DNA of 64,000 nt from Octopus vulgaris (GCA_951406725.2 OX597824.1:90954001-91018000), one strand, 5' to 3'; numbered from the stretch's first letter, positions 29,301-43,942 are shown. The notes: generated from the letters alone by a model not told the origin. A program made the numbers and translations.

Positions 29301-29743
29301 TAAAAACTACCCTAAAATAGATTTTGTCTTTTCAAGATGGTTTGCGTGATTTGGGAAATATTTGACTGCTGTTTCTAGCAGGTCTAGCAAACCATACAGA
29401 GGCTCCCCTGTGAAGCAAGCAAACATGAAGTGACTTCATGGCGATACTGATGATGGTAATGATGATGGTAATGATGACAATGATAACGATGACAATTATA
29501 ACGATGATGATGACATTAACGATAACGACAGTGATGGGGAGGATATTGAATTTACTGATGTTGATTATGTTGATGATGATGATGATGATGATGAATGTAC
29601 TGATGTAGATGATAATGATGATGATGGAAGATGATGATGATGATGATAATGATGATGACGGTGACGATGATGACAACGATGCCTCAGATCTACCAAAGTC
29701 TTGTGAGTGGATTTGGTAGACAGAAACTGAAAGAAGCCCACCG

Positions 29744-29776
<33 letters not shown>

Positions 29777-29969
29777 AACCGCACCTAATTTCTGAATTAC
29801 TACTTAGCGGTTTGAGTTATGGCTGCTCTTTCTAGTGGACGAATGGCCTATTAAGACCATTCCTAAATTGTTTAATTTTTTATATATTTAGTCTTTGACT
29901 ATTTTCTCTTTTCCACTAGGCCGCTGGTAGCAATAAATTTCTACTGAATTTTTTGCTACCCTAAATTGA

Positions 29970-30029
<60 letters not shown>

Positions 30030-30129
30030 TTGGCAAAAGAAACTGATGGAATAAGTACTAGGCTTACAAAGAATAAGTCCCAGGGTTGATTTCAAATGAC
30101 CAAAACAAACAAATAAAAGAAATAAAGAA

Positions 30130-30480
30130 TTCTCTGAAATATCCCAGTTATAGAAAACGAAGATGTGAAGACAGTGCCAAATATTATTGGGTCCATAGGA
30201 AGAGTATCAGAAGACATCAAGAGGAATATAAAGGAAATTGGAATAGAGTTCCCAGTAGAACTGTTAGAAAAGGTTTGCCTCATTGGCACGGCCAGAATAA
30301 TCGGGAAAGGATTAGATAGCTGGAAAGAACGGATAGCATGGAATTGTAGGCTGCAGGTAGCAAGCCTGTTTACACATGCAAGACTCCAGGAGTTCCAACA
30401 AAACCTGAGTTAAAAAGAACAGTAATAATAATAACGATAATTATACTAATAATAATAATAATTATTATAATAATAATAAT
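30130..30480 (+). pseudogene. R4/Dong-like non-LTR 3' end
   Basis: VPNIIGSIGRVS...IGI...LLEKVCLIGTARII followed by a short UTR and (TAA)n tail. Confidence 0.65.
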
Positions 30481-30939
30481 CATAATAATAATCATAATGA
30501 TCATCATCATCATCATCATCATTTAGCGTCCGCTTTCCATGCTAGCATGGGTTGGACGGTTCAACTGGGGTCTGTGAAGCCGGAAGGCTTCATCAGGCCC
30601 AGTCAGATCTGGCAGTGTTTCTACGGCTGGATGCCCTTCCTAACGCCAACCACTCCATGAGTGTAGTGGGTGCTTTTTACGTGCCACCCGCACAGGTGCC
30701 AGACAGAGCTCGCAAACGGACACAAGCGGATGGTGCTTTTACGTGTCACCAGCACGGGGGCCAGGCGAGGCTGGCAATGGACACGAACGGATGGTGCTTT
30801 TTACATGCCACCGGCACGAGGCCAGTCGGGGCGGCGCTGGCAACGGGCACGAACGGATGGTTCTCTTACGTGCCACCGGCACTGGTAACTCAGCTGCAAT
30901 TTCCATTGATCAATTTCGATTCTGATCGAAATGATAATG

Positions 30940-30980
<41 letters not shown>

Positions 30981-30996
30981 AATGATAATAATAATG

Positions 30997-31031
<35 letters not shown>

Positions 31032-31416
31032 AATAATAACGATAATAGTAATGATAATGATAATAATAATAATAGTAATTATAATAATAATAATAATAAT
31101 AATAATTGTAATTTATTTTATTAGCCACAAGGGCCCAAGATGCTGAGGAGTAAATCAAAAGATGAAATACACAATACAAAATACATGAAATACAAAAAGG
31201 TTGGGTTTTCATCGATCAGAAGGGGACAGAACAACAACGACAACAACAATAAGAATATTACAAAGGATTTATATAAATAGAAATATAATTAAATAAATAA
31301 AAAATAATAATGATAATGATAAGTATGGTGGTGAGAAGATGATGAAGAGAATCGACCTGTCCATGCCTGTTAGCTGCCACTCAAACTAGATAAAGACCCC
31401 ACCCAATATGCATATG

Positions 31417-31447
<31 letters not shown>

Positions 31448-31527
31448 ATACATATATTTATATTGACTCAACACTATCTTCCAGGTTCCAGGACTGAATG
31501 TAAGCTGTAGCTCCACATGTATGTTAC

Positions 31528-31584
<57 letters not shown>

Positions 31585-31647
31585 CATATATACATATGCA
31601 TATATATACATATATATATATACATATATACATATGCATATATATAC

Positions 31648-31679
<32 letters not shown>

Positions 31680-31704
31680 ATATGTACATCATCATCATCA
31701 TCAT

Positions 31705-32230
31705 CATCATCGTTTAACGTCCATTTTCCATGCTATCATGGGTTGGACGGTTCGACCGGGGATCTGGGAAGCCAGAAGGCTGCACCAGGCTCCAGTCTTA
31801 TCTGGCAATGTTTCTACAGCTGGATGCCCTTCCTGATGCCAACCACTCCGTGAGTGTAGTGGGTGCTTTTTATGTGCCACCCGCACAGGTGCCAGGCGAA
31901 GCTGGCAACGGCCACAGTCGGATTGGTGTATTTTATGTGCCACCGGCACGGAAGCCAGTCGAGGCGGCACTGGCATCGGCCACGAGTCGGATAGTGCTTT
32001 TTACGTACCACCAGTCCAGGGGTCCTGGCATCTGCCGGGTGCCAGTCATAGGATTGGTTCAATTTCGATTTCGATTTCATTTGCCCCAACATGTCTTCGC
32101 AAGCAAAGGGTGGTTGGCATGGGTGCCTGTCGTCGGATGAGGTTCTATATTGACTTCGCTTGCCTCAACAGGTCTTTGTGTCCAAGGGAGGAAAGGCATG
32201 CATAAGTGGGCTGGGCTCACTTGTCCTGAT
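31705..32230 (-). mobile_element. SINE-like family D with (GAT)n tail. Others near 30505-30925, 38030-38190, 38370-38800, 40660-40850, 48075-48260, 49740-49880, 49940-50250, 53750-53935, 58720-59045
   Basis: Shared GTGGTTGGCRTYAGGAAGGGCATCCAGC...AACCCATG..AGCATGGAAA..GGACGTTAAACGATGATG. Confidence 0.8.
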
Positions 32231-33105
32231 ACATATATACATATATGTATATACACATACACATATATATATACATATCATCATCATGTGACCGACCAGA
32301 CCATCAGATGTTGCTACACATCGCTGGTCACAATGCGTTCACATTGTTTTAGCCTTCGAATGACGCCACCCCACTGGCTAAGTGAGCAGGCCAATATATA
32401 TACATATATATATATATATCTCACAGTCAAATTGATCAATGACTGATCATATGTTGTGAATGTATGTGTAAAATATTGAGTTTTCTCGATTTTTTGCTTA
32501 ATTGGGGGTCAAATTGAAAGAAATTTATATGCCATGACCGAATAGAATGTACTTCGAAAAATCATAGGTAAATTCCAATTGAAGAAATTGTGTGAGGAGT
32601 AAGTCATTATATATTCATCATTATTATCATTATCATCATCATATAACATCCATTGTTCATGCTGGTATGGGATGGACGGTTTGACCAGAACTTGCAAACT
32701 GGAGAGCTGCACCTGACTCCATTTGTGTTGTGGTTTCTATGGCGGGATGCCCTTCCTTGCACCAACCACTTTACAGAGTTTGCTGGATGCATTTTACGTG
32801 GCACCACAAAAACGTTTTTATGTGGCACCGGCTAAAATGCTTTTCATGCAGCACTGGCACAAGACTCTTTTAGGCCGATCCTCTTCACCAGAGGGTGTGG
32901 GGCCTTAACACTTCTGGTGTGGAGGATGGGTCTTTTATATATGGCAGGCTTCTCTCAGTTTCCGCCAAATTCACTCACACGGTCTTGATTGGCCTGGAGC
33001 CATGGTAGAAGACACTTGCCCCATGTACCATGCAGGGGAACTGAACTCAAAACCATGTAGTTGCAAAACAAGCTTCTTAACTACGTACAGCCATGAATAA
33101 CATTG

Positions 33106-33155
33106 TTCCTGTGCCGGGAATTGAACCTGGACCACTCGGGTGAAAGCCAGGACTT
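33106..33155 (-). pseudogene. tRNA-Glu(TTC)-like 3' half
   Basis: CCTGGCTTTCACCCGAG..CCAGGTTCAATTCCCGG..GGAA; no D arm or 5' acceptor strand. Confidence 0.5.
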
Positions 33156-34202
33156 TTAATAAAAAAAAAGTAATCTTCTGAGACTGGCTGAGCTGATGTA
33201 AATCAACATACTTCATCGGATCCAAAACATGGCTACAGCTTTAATTAACTAAGAAAAACTTATCTCGTTTAATCTGACAAGCGTCAACCTTCGTGTTAAC
33301 GATCGATATATATATATAAGAAGTGTGGTCATTGTTGTTGTTATTTTTATATTGCTTGATTAAATCTGCTTCACTTCTCTCATAAAACTTCAAAAACTCT
33401 GAGATTACAGGGAGGTGTATTTAAGTGACATGGTGTGTGTATATCTGTATGTGTGTATGTGTCTGTGTGTTGTCCCCACTGCCACCACTTCACAGTCAGT
33501 GTTGGTGTGTTTACCTCCTTGTAACTTAGGCATTTGGCTACAATAAGTACCAGGCTTAAAAATGTAAGTCTTAGGGGTTGATTCCTCCAACTAAAATTCT
33601 TCCAGGTGATGCCCCAGCATGGCCACAGTCTAAAATTGAAACAAGTAAAAGATTAAAGATACATATATATATATATATGTGAGTGTGTGTGTGTGTGTGT
33701 GAAGGCGCATGGCTTAGTGGTTAGGGTGTCAGCATCATGATCGTAAGATTGTGGTTTCGATTCCTGGACTGAGCGACGCATTGTGTTCTTGAGCAAAACA
33801 CTTCATTTCACGTTGCTCCAGTCCACTCAGCTGGCAAAAATGAGTAACGCTGTGATGGACTGGCGTCCCTTCCAGCTGGAGAACACATACACCATTGAAA
33901 CCGGGAAACCGGGCCCATGAGCCTGGCTAGGCTTTAAATGGGCGCATTTATTTATTTATATATATATAATATATATGTATGTGTGTGTGTGCCTTCCATA
34001 TATTGTATAAAAGATCGTGGGTAAGGCCGAAACAATGTGAAGTAAATGCAAGGTAAATCACAAGAAAACAAATATGTGAATTAACGGTATTCAATATTTC
34101 GGGGTTATGTCCCCATTTTTTGCATTTACTTTGCATTGTTTTGACCTTACCCACAATCTTTTGTAGAATATATTCTACACAATGCTTCAGAGTAATTATT
34201 CC

Positions 34203-34248
<46 letters not shown>

Positions 34249-34650
34249 GGTACGTACATATATGTTTGTATGTATGCATATATTTTTATTTATCACCTAT
34301 ATATATATATATATATATAGGCGCAGGAGTGGCTGTGTGGTAAGTAGCTTGCTAACCAGCCACATGGTTCCGGGTTCAGTCCCACTGCGTGGCATCTTGG
34401 GCAAGTGTCTTCTGCTATAGCCCGGGCTGACCAATGCCTTGTGAGTGGATTTGGTAGACGGAAACTGAAAGAAGCCTGTCGTATATATGTATATATATAT
34501 GTGTGTGTGTATGTTTGTGTTTGTCCCCCTAGCATTGCTTGACAACCGATGCTGGTGTGTTTACGTCCTCGTCACTTAGCGGTTCGGCAAAAGAAACCGA
34601 TAGAATAAGTACTGGGCTTACAAAGAATAAGTCCCAGGGTCGATTTGCTC

Positions 34651-34742
<92 letters not shown>

Positions 34743-34925
34743 TCATTGTTTAACATCTGTTTTCCTTGCTGGCATGGGTTGGACAGTTTGACAGGAGCGG
34801 TCCAGGCTCCAATTGTCTGTTGTGGCATGGTTTCTAAGGCTTGCAGCCCTGCCTAATGCCAACCACTTGACAAAGTATGCTGGGCGCTATGTCCAACCCA
34901 TGCCAGGATGGAAGGCAAACATTAA

Positions 34926-35458
<533 letters not shown>

Positions 35459-36301
35459 TTCTCATCAGTTTGTCTTAGATGTCCATGCATGTTTTCAAAC
35501 AGTTAGTTAGCCTTGTGAAGGTGCATGGCTCAGTGGTTAGAGTGTCGAGCTTACAATTGTGAGGTTGTGAGTTCGAATCCCGGACCGGACTGCGTGTTGT
35601 GTTCTTGAGCAAGACACTTTATTTCACATTGCTCCAGTTCACTCAGCTGTAGAAATGAGTTGCGACATCACTGGTGTCAAGCTGTATCGGCCCCTTTGTC
35701 TTTCCCTTGGATAACATCAGTGGCGTGGAGAGGGGAGGCTGGTATGCACGGGTGACTGCTGGCCTTCCATAAACAACCTTGCCACGGAGGGTAACTTTCT
35801 AGGTGCAATCCCATGGTCAATCATGACCGAAGGGAGTCTCCTAGTTAACCCTCATTTCATACATTCTGAGTAATATAAAGCTTTCCTTTCATAAGTCTCA
35901 AGTTATTCTGGTGGTTGAGAAAGAAACTGGGAATCGGTATCATATATGATGTATGGATGCCAGGGTATTCTCATTCCCTGTATTACATGTAATATGCAGG
36001 ACAGGCAAAGGGTTAAGAGCACAAATGTCGTTGGAATACTCAACCACAATGTTTATAAGATGGTGGTGTAGTTTTGTTCATAGAGGTGGGGTGGTTTATT
36101 GCTATGGTAACTAGTTTGTTAAAGACTAGTTTTCTTTTTAAAGCTGAAAGACATTTCAGATCCCAGCAGTTGCTGACATTAAGAGGCTCAAATGGGGCCC
36201 ATTAGCAACTGCCCCAGACCTTTTGTAATTCTAGTATCAATGTTATGTCTTGTCTTTTATTTTCCTGTTATTGGTCATTGATGTCCACTTGTATTCTGTA
36301 G

Positions 36302-36400
36302 AGACTGGTCTCTGTTGGTACTGACCCTCATGCCACCATCAATGTCTGGGAATGGAAAAAAGGAAAGGTCATAGCAACCACCAGGGGTCACAATGACAAG
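36302..36400 (+). CDS. EML6: EML6-like exon 3 (absent from ORF track)
   Basis: tag|AGA; RLVSVGTDPHATINVWEWKKGKVIATTRGHNDK; donor GTGAGT. Confidence 0.93.
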
Positions 36401-36493
36401 GTGAGTATAAACAACGGATAAAAAAAGAAAAATCTATCTTGAATCCTACGACTCATTCAAATATGAAAACAATACTGTCTGGTACTGTTACTA

Positions 36494-36525
<32 letters not shown>

Positions 36526-36619
36526 TAAGTGTGTGGTTTGATCAATAAGTATCCAGACTGTTGCCATAGTAATGATGCTAAAGCATGGGGAGTGAAGCCA
36601 TTTGGCTCAGATTGACCTT

Positions 36620-36860
36620 AAACTCAGCTGTGCATGAGCACTAAGTTTTAACATTCTAGCTCACTTCTAATGTTTACAACAGTGCTTGGAAGGAACGTGT
36701 GTAGCATGTGATCATTGCATTGGCCATGACAGTGAAAGTTGAGCAGAGAATCTGCATCAAATTTTGCCAAAAGCTTGGTGATACCTGCTCAGAGGCCTAC
36801 GCAATGTTTTCAAAAAGTTTTCATCATTCTTGACACAATGAAGGAGAACTTAGGCCTGTA
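36620..36860 (+). pseudogene. Mariner transposase 5' fragment
   Basis: MTVKVEQRICIKFCQKLGDTCSEAYAMF from 36726 resembles a mariner N-terminal HTH. Confidence 0.6.
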
Positions 36861-36865
36861 TGTAT

Positions 36866-36912
<47 letters not shown>

Positions 36913-37435
36913 CATATATATATATTTAATTTTTATTTATATTGTGAAATTAGATTTAATCCTAGATCTAATTTTTCCTGTAAGTTTGGATATACTCCCT
37001 AATATTATTAACACATGATGAAGGTGACGATGATATTGATGATGATTATGATTGTGTGGTACAGTGGCTCTTCTTTTTTTTTTTTTTAATATAATTTTAT
37101 AAATTATGATTATCTTTGCCTCTATTATCCGAGCTGTGTTCTTTTTGGTTGTTTGGATGGTGATGATGACGACGACAACAATGGTAGTGATTATATTGAT
37201 AGTGATGATGGTGATGATGATGATGATAATGATGATGATGATGAGGATGATGGTGATGATGATGGTGGTGGTGGTGGTGGTGGTGGTGATGATGATGGTG
37301 ATGATGGTGGTGGTGGTGGTGGTGGTGATGATGATGATGGTCATGATGATGATGATCGTGTGGTACACTGGCTCTTTTTTTTTTTCTTTTTTAATATAAT
37401 TTTATAAATTATTATTATTTTTGCCTCTGTTTCAG

Positions 37436-37690
37436 GTATTCGATATCCAGTTCAACATCTTCGAAGAGAACTCGATCGTCAGTTGTGGAGTGAAACACAT
37501 CAAGTTCTGGAACCTGTGCGGCAATTCCCTCCAAGCAAAGAAAGGAGTGTTTGGTAAAACTGGGGAAATACAAACGATGTTGTGCCTGGCCTTCAGTCCT
37601 GACCAGACAACTTATGCTGGGACCCTTTCAGGGGACATCTACATTTGGAAAGGAAGCCATTTATACAACACCATCTCAGATGTCCATGAT
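37436..37690 (+). CDS. EML6: EML6-like exon 4
   Basis: ttcag|GTA; VFDIQF...VSCGVKHIKFW...SDVHD; donor GTAAGA. Confidence 0.95.
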
Positions 37691-37743
37691 GTAAGATTAT
37701 GTCCGACCGTTGGATTTATTCCTGTTATTTATTCATTCTTTGA

Positions 37744-38047
37744 TTTGGCATTAGGAAGGGCATTTGGGGTTAGGAAGGACATTTGGCATTAGGAAGGGCA
37801 TTTGGCATTAGGAAAGGCGTTTGGCGTTAGGAAGGGCATTTGGCATTAGGAAGGGCATTTGGGGTTAGGAAGGACATTTGGCATTAGGAAGGGCATTTGG
37901 CGTTAGGAAAGGCGTTTGGCGTTAGGAAGGGCATTTGGCATTAGGAAGGGCATTTGGCGTTAGGAAGGGCATTTGGCATTAGGAAGGCCATTTGGCATTA
38001 GGAAGGGCATTTGGCATTAGGAAGGGCATTTGGCGTTAGGAAGGGCA
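37744..38047 (+). repeat. 19-bp minisatellite, 16 copies (TTTGGCATTAGGAAGGGCA)
   Basis: Tandem units run directly into a family-D element that contains the same motif. Confidence 0.95.
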
Positions 38048-38862
38048 TCCAGCCATAGAAACACTGCCAGACCAGACTGGGCCTGGTGCAACCTTCTGGC
38101 TTCCCAGACCCCAGTTGAACCGTCCAACCCATGCTAGCATGGAAAGCGGACGCTAAACGATGATGAGGATGAGGATGATGATGATGATGATGAATAGGTG
38201 CAGGTATAGCCATGTGGTTAAGAAGTTTGCTTCCCAATCGCATGGTTTCAGGTTCTCATCTGTTTCCCAGAAACATATACGTGACCCTTCAGTCCATCAG
38301 AGAGGAAATTAACACTGGTTGTGCATGGGAACTTCTATATTGCTGAAGATCTTGGTTGTCATCATCATCATCATCATCATCGTCGTCGTTTAATGTCTGC
38401 TTTCCATGCTGGCATAGGTTGGATGATTTGACTGGGGACTGGCAAGCCAGGAGGCCACACCAAGGTCTAATTTGATCTGTCAATGTTTCTACAGCTTGAT
38501 GCCCTTCCTAACGCAAACCACTCTGAGAGTGTAATGGGTGCTTTTTTCCTGCCACTGGCCCAGGAGCCAGTCAGGTGGCACTGGCATCGACCATGTTCAG
38601 ATGGTGCTTTTTATGTGCTACTGGCACAGGAGCAAGTCGGGGCTGGCAGGCTTTGGCCACGTTCAGATAGTGTTTTTTACACGTCATTGGCACAGGGAGC
38701 CAGTCAGGTGGCTCTGACAGTGACCCACGCATGAATGGTGCTTATTGCGTGCCACCAGCACTGGCAATGGCCACAGCTACAATTTCCTTTTGATTTTGAT
38801 TTTGATACACTTATGTATGTGTATGTATATTTCTGTATGTAAGTATATGTGGTTATGCGTAT

Positions 38863-38887
38863 GAAAAAAGAAAGAAAGAAAGAAGGA

Positions 38888-38927
<40 letters not shown>

Positions 38928-38944
38928 AAAAAGGAAGAAAGAAA

Positions 38945-38975
<31 letters not shown>

Positions 38976-39143
38976 GGAAAGAAAGAAAGGAAGAAGGAAG
39001 GAGAGAAAGAAAGAAAGAAGGAGAGAAAGAAAGAAAGAAAGAAAGCCGGAAGGAAAGAAAGAAAGGAAGAAAGAAAGAAAGACGGAAGGAAAGAAAGAAG
39101 GAAGGAAAGAAAGAAAGGAAGAAAGAAAGAAAGAAAGAAAGAG
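38863..39143. repeat. (GAAA/GGAA)n polypurine tract
   Basis: Direct inspection. Confidence 0.95.
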
Positions 39144-39919
39144 ACTAAGAAGTCAAGATGCAATCACTTGAGGAATTAATAAAAGGAAATCCTTTTTATA
39201 GAATGGAGGAAATTCCAGGTATGGAAGCTAAGCTTAAAATGAAAAGGCCCAAAGGTAACCTTAGTGAAGAGTAAGGTTTTAAGAAAGCAAGAACATAGAC
39301 AGGTCCCTGGTACCTTCAGAAAAATGCCCTTGTATGATATGCAGAAATAAAGGAGTTGGCATAAAGTGCCTACACTGTAGCCAGGGTAAGGTGTGGGTGC
39401 AGGGGAGGTGAAGTGGGAATCACAGGTAGACTGACAACAGAGGTAAGCTTCATAAAGTGACAGATGCACTGGTGGAGCGAGAATTATGAGCATACCAGAA
39501 ATAGATGGACATCGGACAGTAGTGGAGAGGATGATGATGATGATAAGCGGATAAGATGATGATGATGATGACGACAACGACAACGATTATGATGATGATG
39601 ATGACGACGACGACAATGATGATGATGATAAGAGGATAAGATGATGATAACGACGATGATGATGATGATGATGATGATGATGATAAGAGGATAAGATAAT
39701 GATGACGACGACGACGATGATAATGATGATGATGATGATGATGATAAGATAGCTATTTCTGTACTTGTGTGTGTGTGTGTGCTTATGTTTGCCTAGAATG
39801 TGCTTTCCACTTTTACATATTTCCTTGTGTGTATATGTGTGTGCATCTTCGTGTGCAGGTCTGTTTGTGTATGCACTTGCATGCGTGCATTCATTTGTAC
39901 ACTTACCTGTGTGTATGTG

Positions 39920-39953
<34 letters not shown>

Positions 39954-40287
39954 TGAATATAATTGTCTGTACATTTTCATAAGCATATGGTATGAAGTAT
40001 GTTCATAGGTGTGTTCATATCTGTGTGAGTGTGTGTACAGATTTCACCTTCACTTTTGACCAAAGCATTCATGTACCAACATGTTCCGATGTTGGCTCAT
40101 GTCACAAATATTCTATTTAGTTGAAACACACACACACACACTCATGCACATACACAACTTCACCTGCCACCATCTGACATGCTTAAGTACACACGCAAAT
40201 ATTTGCATGCATACATATTCACAAATATACAAAAGCAATTATGAACAGATACACTTATACATAGACACATGCATAAATGTATGTGTG

Positions 40288-40320
<33 letters not shown>

Positions 40321-40846
40321 CTGTGTGTGTGTGTGGAGGGGTGCAATGGACCAGTGGTCAGGGCAGCAGACTCGTGGTCTTATAGGATCGCAGTTTCGAT
40401 TCCCAGACCAGGCATTGTGAGTGTTTATTGAACAAAAACACCTAAATCTCCACGCGGCTCCAGCAGGAGGGATGGAGTGGTGATCCCTGCTGTACTCTTC
40501 CACCACAACTTTCTCTCACTCTTTCTTCCTGTTTCTCTTGTACTTGTATTTCAAAGGACCGGCCTTGCCACACTCTGTGTCATGCTGAATCTCCCCGAGA
40601 ACTACGTTAAGGGTACATGCATCTGTGGAGTGCTCAGCCACTTGCACGTTAATTCGGTCTGATTTGGCAATGTTTCTACAGCTGGATGCCCTTCCTAATG
40701 CCAACCACTCCAAGAGTGTAGTGGGTACTTTTTATGTGCCACCGACATGTGAACCAGCCAGGTGGCACTGATATTGACCACATTCGGATGGTGCTTTTTA
40801 TCTACCGCTGGCACAGGAGCCAGTCAGAGGGCACTGGTATCGACCA

Positions 40847-40902
<56 letters not shown>

Positions 40903-41164
40903 TGGCTCGTATAGTGAATGGGGAAAGCTTGGTCTGCAGTGTTTGCAGTCGTGTATGCTTGTCAAGAGCAGGGCTCATTAGCCACCAACGGAGCCACAAA
41001 TGCAAAATATAAGTTAGTCCTAGAGCACACAATGTTCCTGAAGTTCGGCAATGGTCTTCCTCGGTCACAAATGGACGGCCATCATGTATGTATGTATGTA
41101 TGTATGCATATATAAATAATATGTGTGTGCATGTACTTATATATATATGTGTGTGTTATTTTAG

Positions 41165-41300
41165 GGTCCCGTGAACACTTTATACATGGGAGAAGAAGGT
41201 TATGTGACTGGTGGCAAAGATGGATTGGTCAAACTCTGGGATGGAGACTTCAAGCTCATCACAGTCATTAACATGACCACTATCCCAAATGGTTACAGAG
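41165..41300 (+). CDS. EML6: EML6-like exon 5
   Basis: ttag|GGT; GPVNTLYMGEEGYVTGGKDGLVKLWD; donor GTAAGC. Confidence 0.94.
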
Positions 41301-41614
41301 GTAAGCTCAATATCTTTCTTACCCTTAGCTTTTACGTTGTTGATATCTTTTGAAGGGAAACACGGTGAAGAAGGCATTGATCACAAGCAATCAGTGTATC
41401 CTTGAGGGTACCAGGGTTAAGGGGCTTCCACCGTTGACTGTTTGATTGTGGGTTCAGAGCTGAGGGTAAATAAGATTTGCTGAATAGTTTGAAATTTGGG
41501 ATTAAATCTGGAGAGGTTTGAGATTTGCAAAAGGTGGTCAATCAGACAAGTGAGTTTGCTGTGTGTGGCAAATAGATGCTTGGAAAATATTATATTTGCA
41601 GATCTATGCAACCC

Positions 41615-42122
41615 TACCGTCACCACCACCAGCATGCCACCATCACCTGCACGCCATCATCACCACACCCACCATCACCACCACCACTGCCACCAACACC
41701 ACTACCACCATCTCCACCATCTTGACCACTACTATCACCATCACTACCACCACCACTGTCATTACCACCACCACCATCACCACCACCACTATCACCACCA
41801 CCACCACCAACACCATTACCACCACCACCATCACCACCACCACCATTACCACCACCACCATCACCGCCACCACCATTACCATCACCATAACCACCGCCAC
41901 CACCATCACCACCACCACCATTACCATCACCATAACAACCGCCACCACCATCACCACCACCACCACCACAACCATTACCACCACGATAACTACTGCCATT
42001 ACCATCATTACCATCACCACCACCATCACCACCACCACCACCACCACCACCACCACAACCACCATTACCATCACCACCACCGCCACCACCATTACCACCA
42101 CCACCACCATCATTACTACCAT
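41615..42122. repeat. (CAC/CAT)n tract
   Basis: Direct inspection. Confidence 0.95.
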
Positions 42123-42232
42123 CCTGATGGTAGTTTGGGAATGTTAATCAATGATACTAGTACTTGTAGCAAGTGAATATACTGCAAAGAAGACAATATA
42201 AATGATGTTAGTGATGATGATGATGATTGTGA

Positions 42233-42514
<282 letters not shown>

Positions 42515-42683
42515 TGAGTAAGACACACGATATCATTTTGTTGTTGTTTAGCCACTGGTCAGTCTGGAACTGGATAACGGCAATCGTGTTTTTTTTTTTT
42601 TAAAAAAAAGTTATCTATAGTAAATATGTTTATTGATGTAATTTGCTTTTAATGGTGGAACTTGAAGTAGATAAAGCTATAAA

Positions 42684-42726
42684 CATTATCATCATCATCA
42701 TCGTCATCATCATCATTATCACTTTT

Positions 42727-42761
<35 letters not shown>

Positions 42762-42774
42762 TATCATCTCTTTC

Positions 42775-42826
<52 letters not shown>

Positions 42827-42873
42827 ACACCACCATCATCATCATTATCATCTCTTTCTTCATCATCATCATT

Positions 42874-42926
<53 letters not shown>

Positions 42927-42927
42927 T

Positions 42928-42968
<41 letters not shown>

Positions 42969-43005
42969 TATCATCATCATCATCATCATTATCATCATCA
43001 TCATT

Positions 43006-43055
<50 letters not shown>

Positions 43056-43107
43056 TATCATCTCTTTCTTCATCATCATCATCGTCATCATCATCATTAT
43101 CACTTTT

Positions 43108-43139
<32 letters not shown>

Positions 43140-43152
43140 TATCATCTCTTTC

Positions 43153-43183
<31 letters not shown>

Positions 43184-43225
43184 ACACCACCATCATCACC
43201 TTCATCATCATTATCATCACCACCA
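42684..43225. repeat. (CAT)n tract with duplicated interruptions
   Basis: Direct inspection. Confidence 0.95.
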
Positions 43226-43942
43226 TGATAGGCAGCAGCAGCAGCCCGTGACCCCAAGACCATGTGGTGGGGAAGCAAGCTCCTTAACCCCACAGTCACT
43301 CCTGTACCTGGCTTTTAAAAAAATCCCTTTGGATAGAAAAAGCTGAAGGTTGCTATTGCGACTTCAACCCCCATCTGCTCTAAGCATGGCAAATGTTCCA
43401 GCGTTGCACCAGAGCAATCCTTCAAATTTCTCCATCAAATTTAGAAGCTTTGTTCTTAGCAGAGAGAATTGTATGTTGTTGACAACCTAAGAATTTAGAA
43501 ACATGGAAAGACAAGAAATAATTGATTTTTAATTGTAAAGTAATAATTAATGGTTTTAAACTATGACACAAGGCCAGCAATTTGGGGCGAGGAGGTAATT
43601 CAATTACATTGACTCCAGTATGCAACTGGTACTTGTTTTATCAACCTCAAAGAATAAAAAGCAGAGCTGACCAAGGCAGAATTTGAACCCAGAATGTTAA
43701 GATGGATGACATGCTGTGAAGCATTTTGCTCACCTTGTTAACAAATCTGCCAAACAACCAATGATTATCGATAGCAGGAACAAAATTCCCAAAAATGGAT
43801 GGAGAAACTCATAAGATTACTTTGATATAATGGTAGAACATCTGTCAAGTCCACAGGAGACGTGGGTTCAAGTTACATTGGCAGCCTTTGGCTTCATCTA
43901 TCCCAGGGTTTTTTTTAGCACAAATTTACATGCTGCTATTTA

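Noticed and set aside
30668-30885. CRISPR-like repeat-spacer appearance (also the 19-bp and 37-bp arrays)
   Set aside because: Linkers are homologous to each other or absent, there are no cas genes, and the context is eukaryotic SINE
32060-32230. Possible HDV-like ribozyme at the 5' end of family D (minus strand)
   Set aside because: Could not assign P1/P2/P3 pairing by eye; would need an Infernal/RNArobo search on the family consensus
33185-33245. CTGATG...GGATCCAAAAC hammerhead-like string
   Set aside because: Both core boxes deviate and there is no convincing stem II
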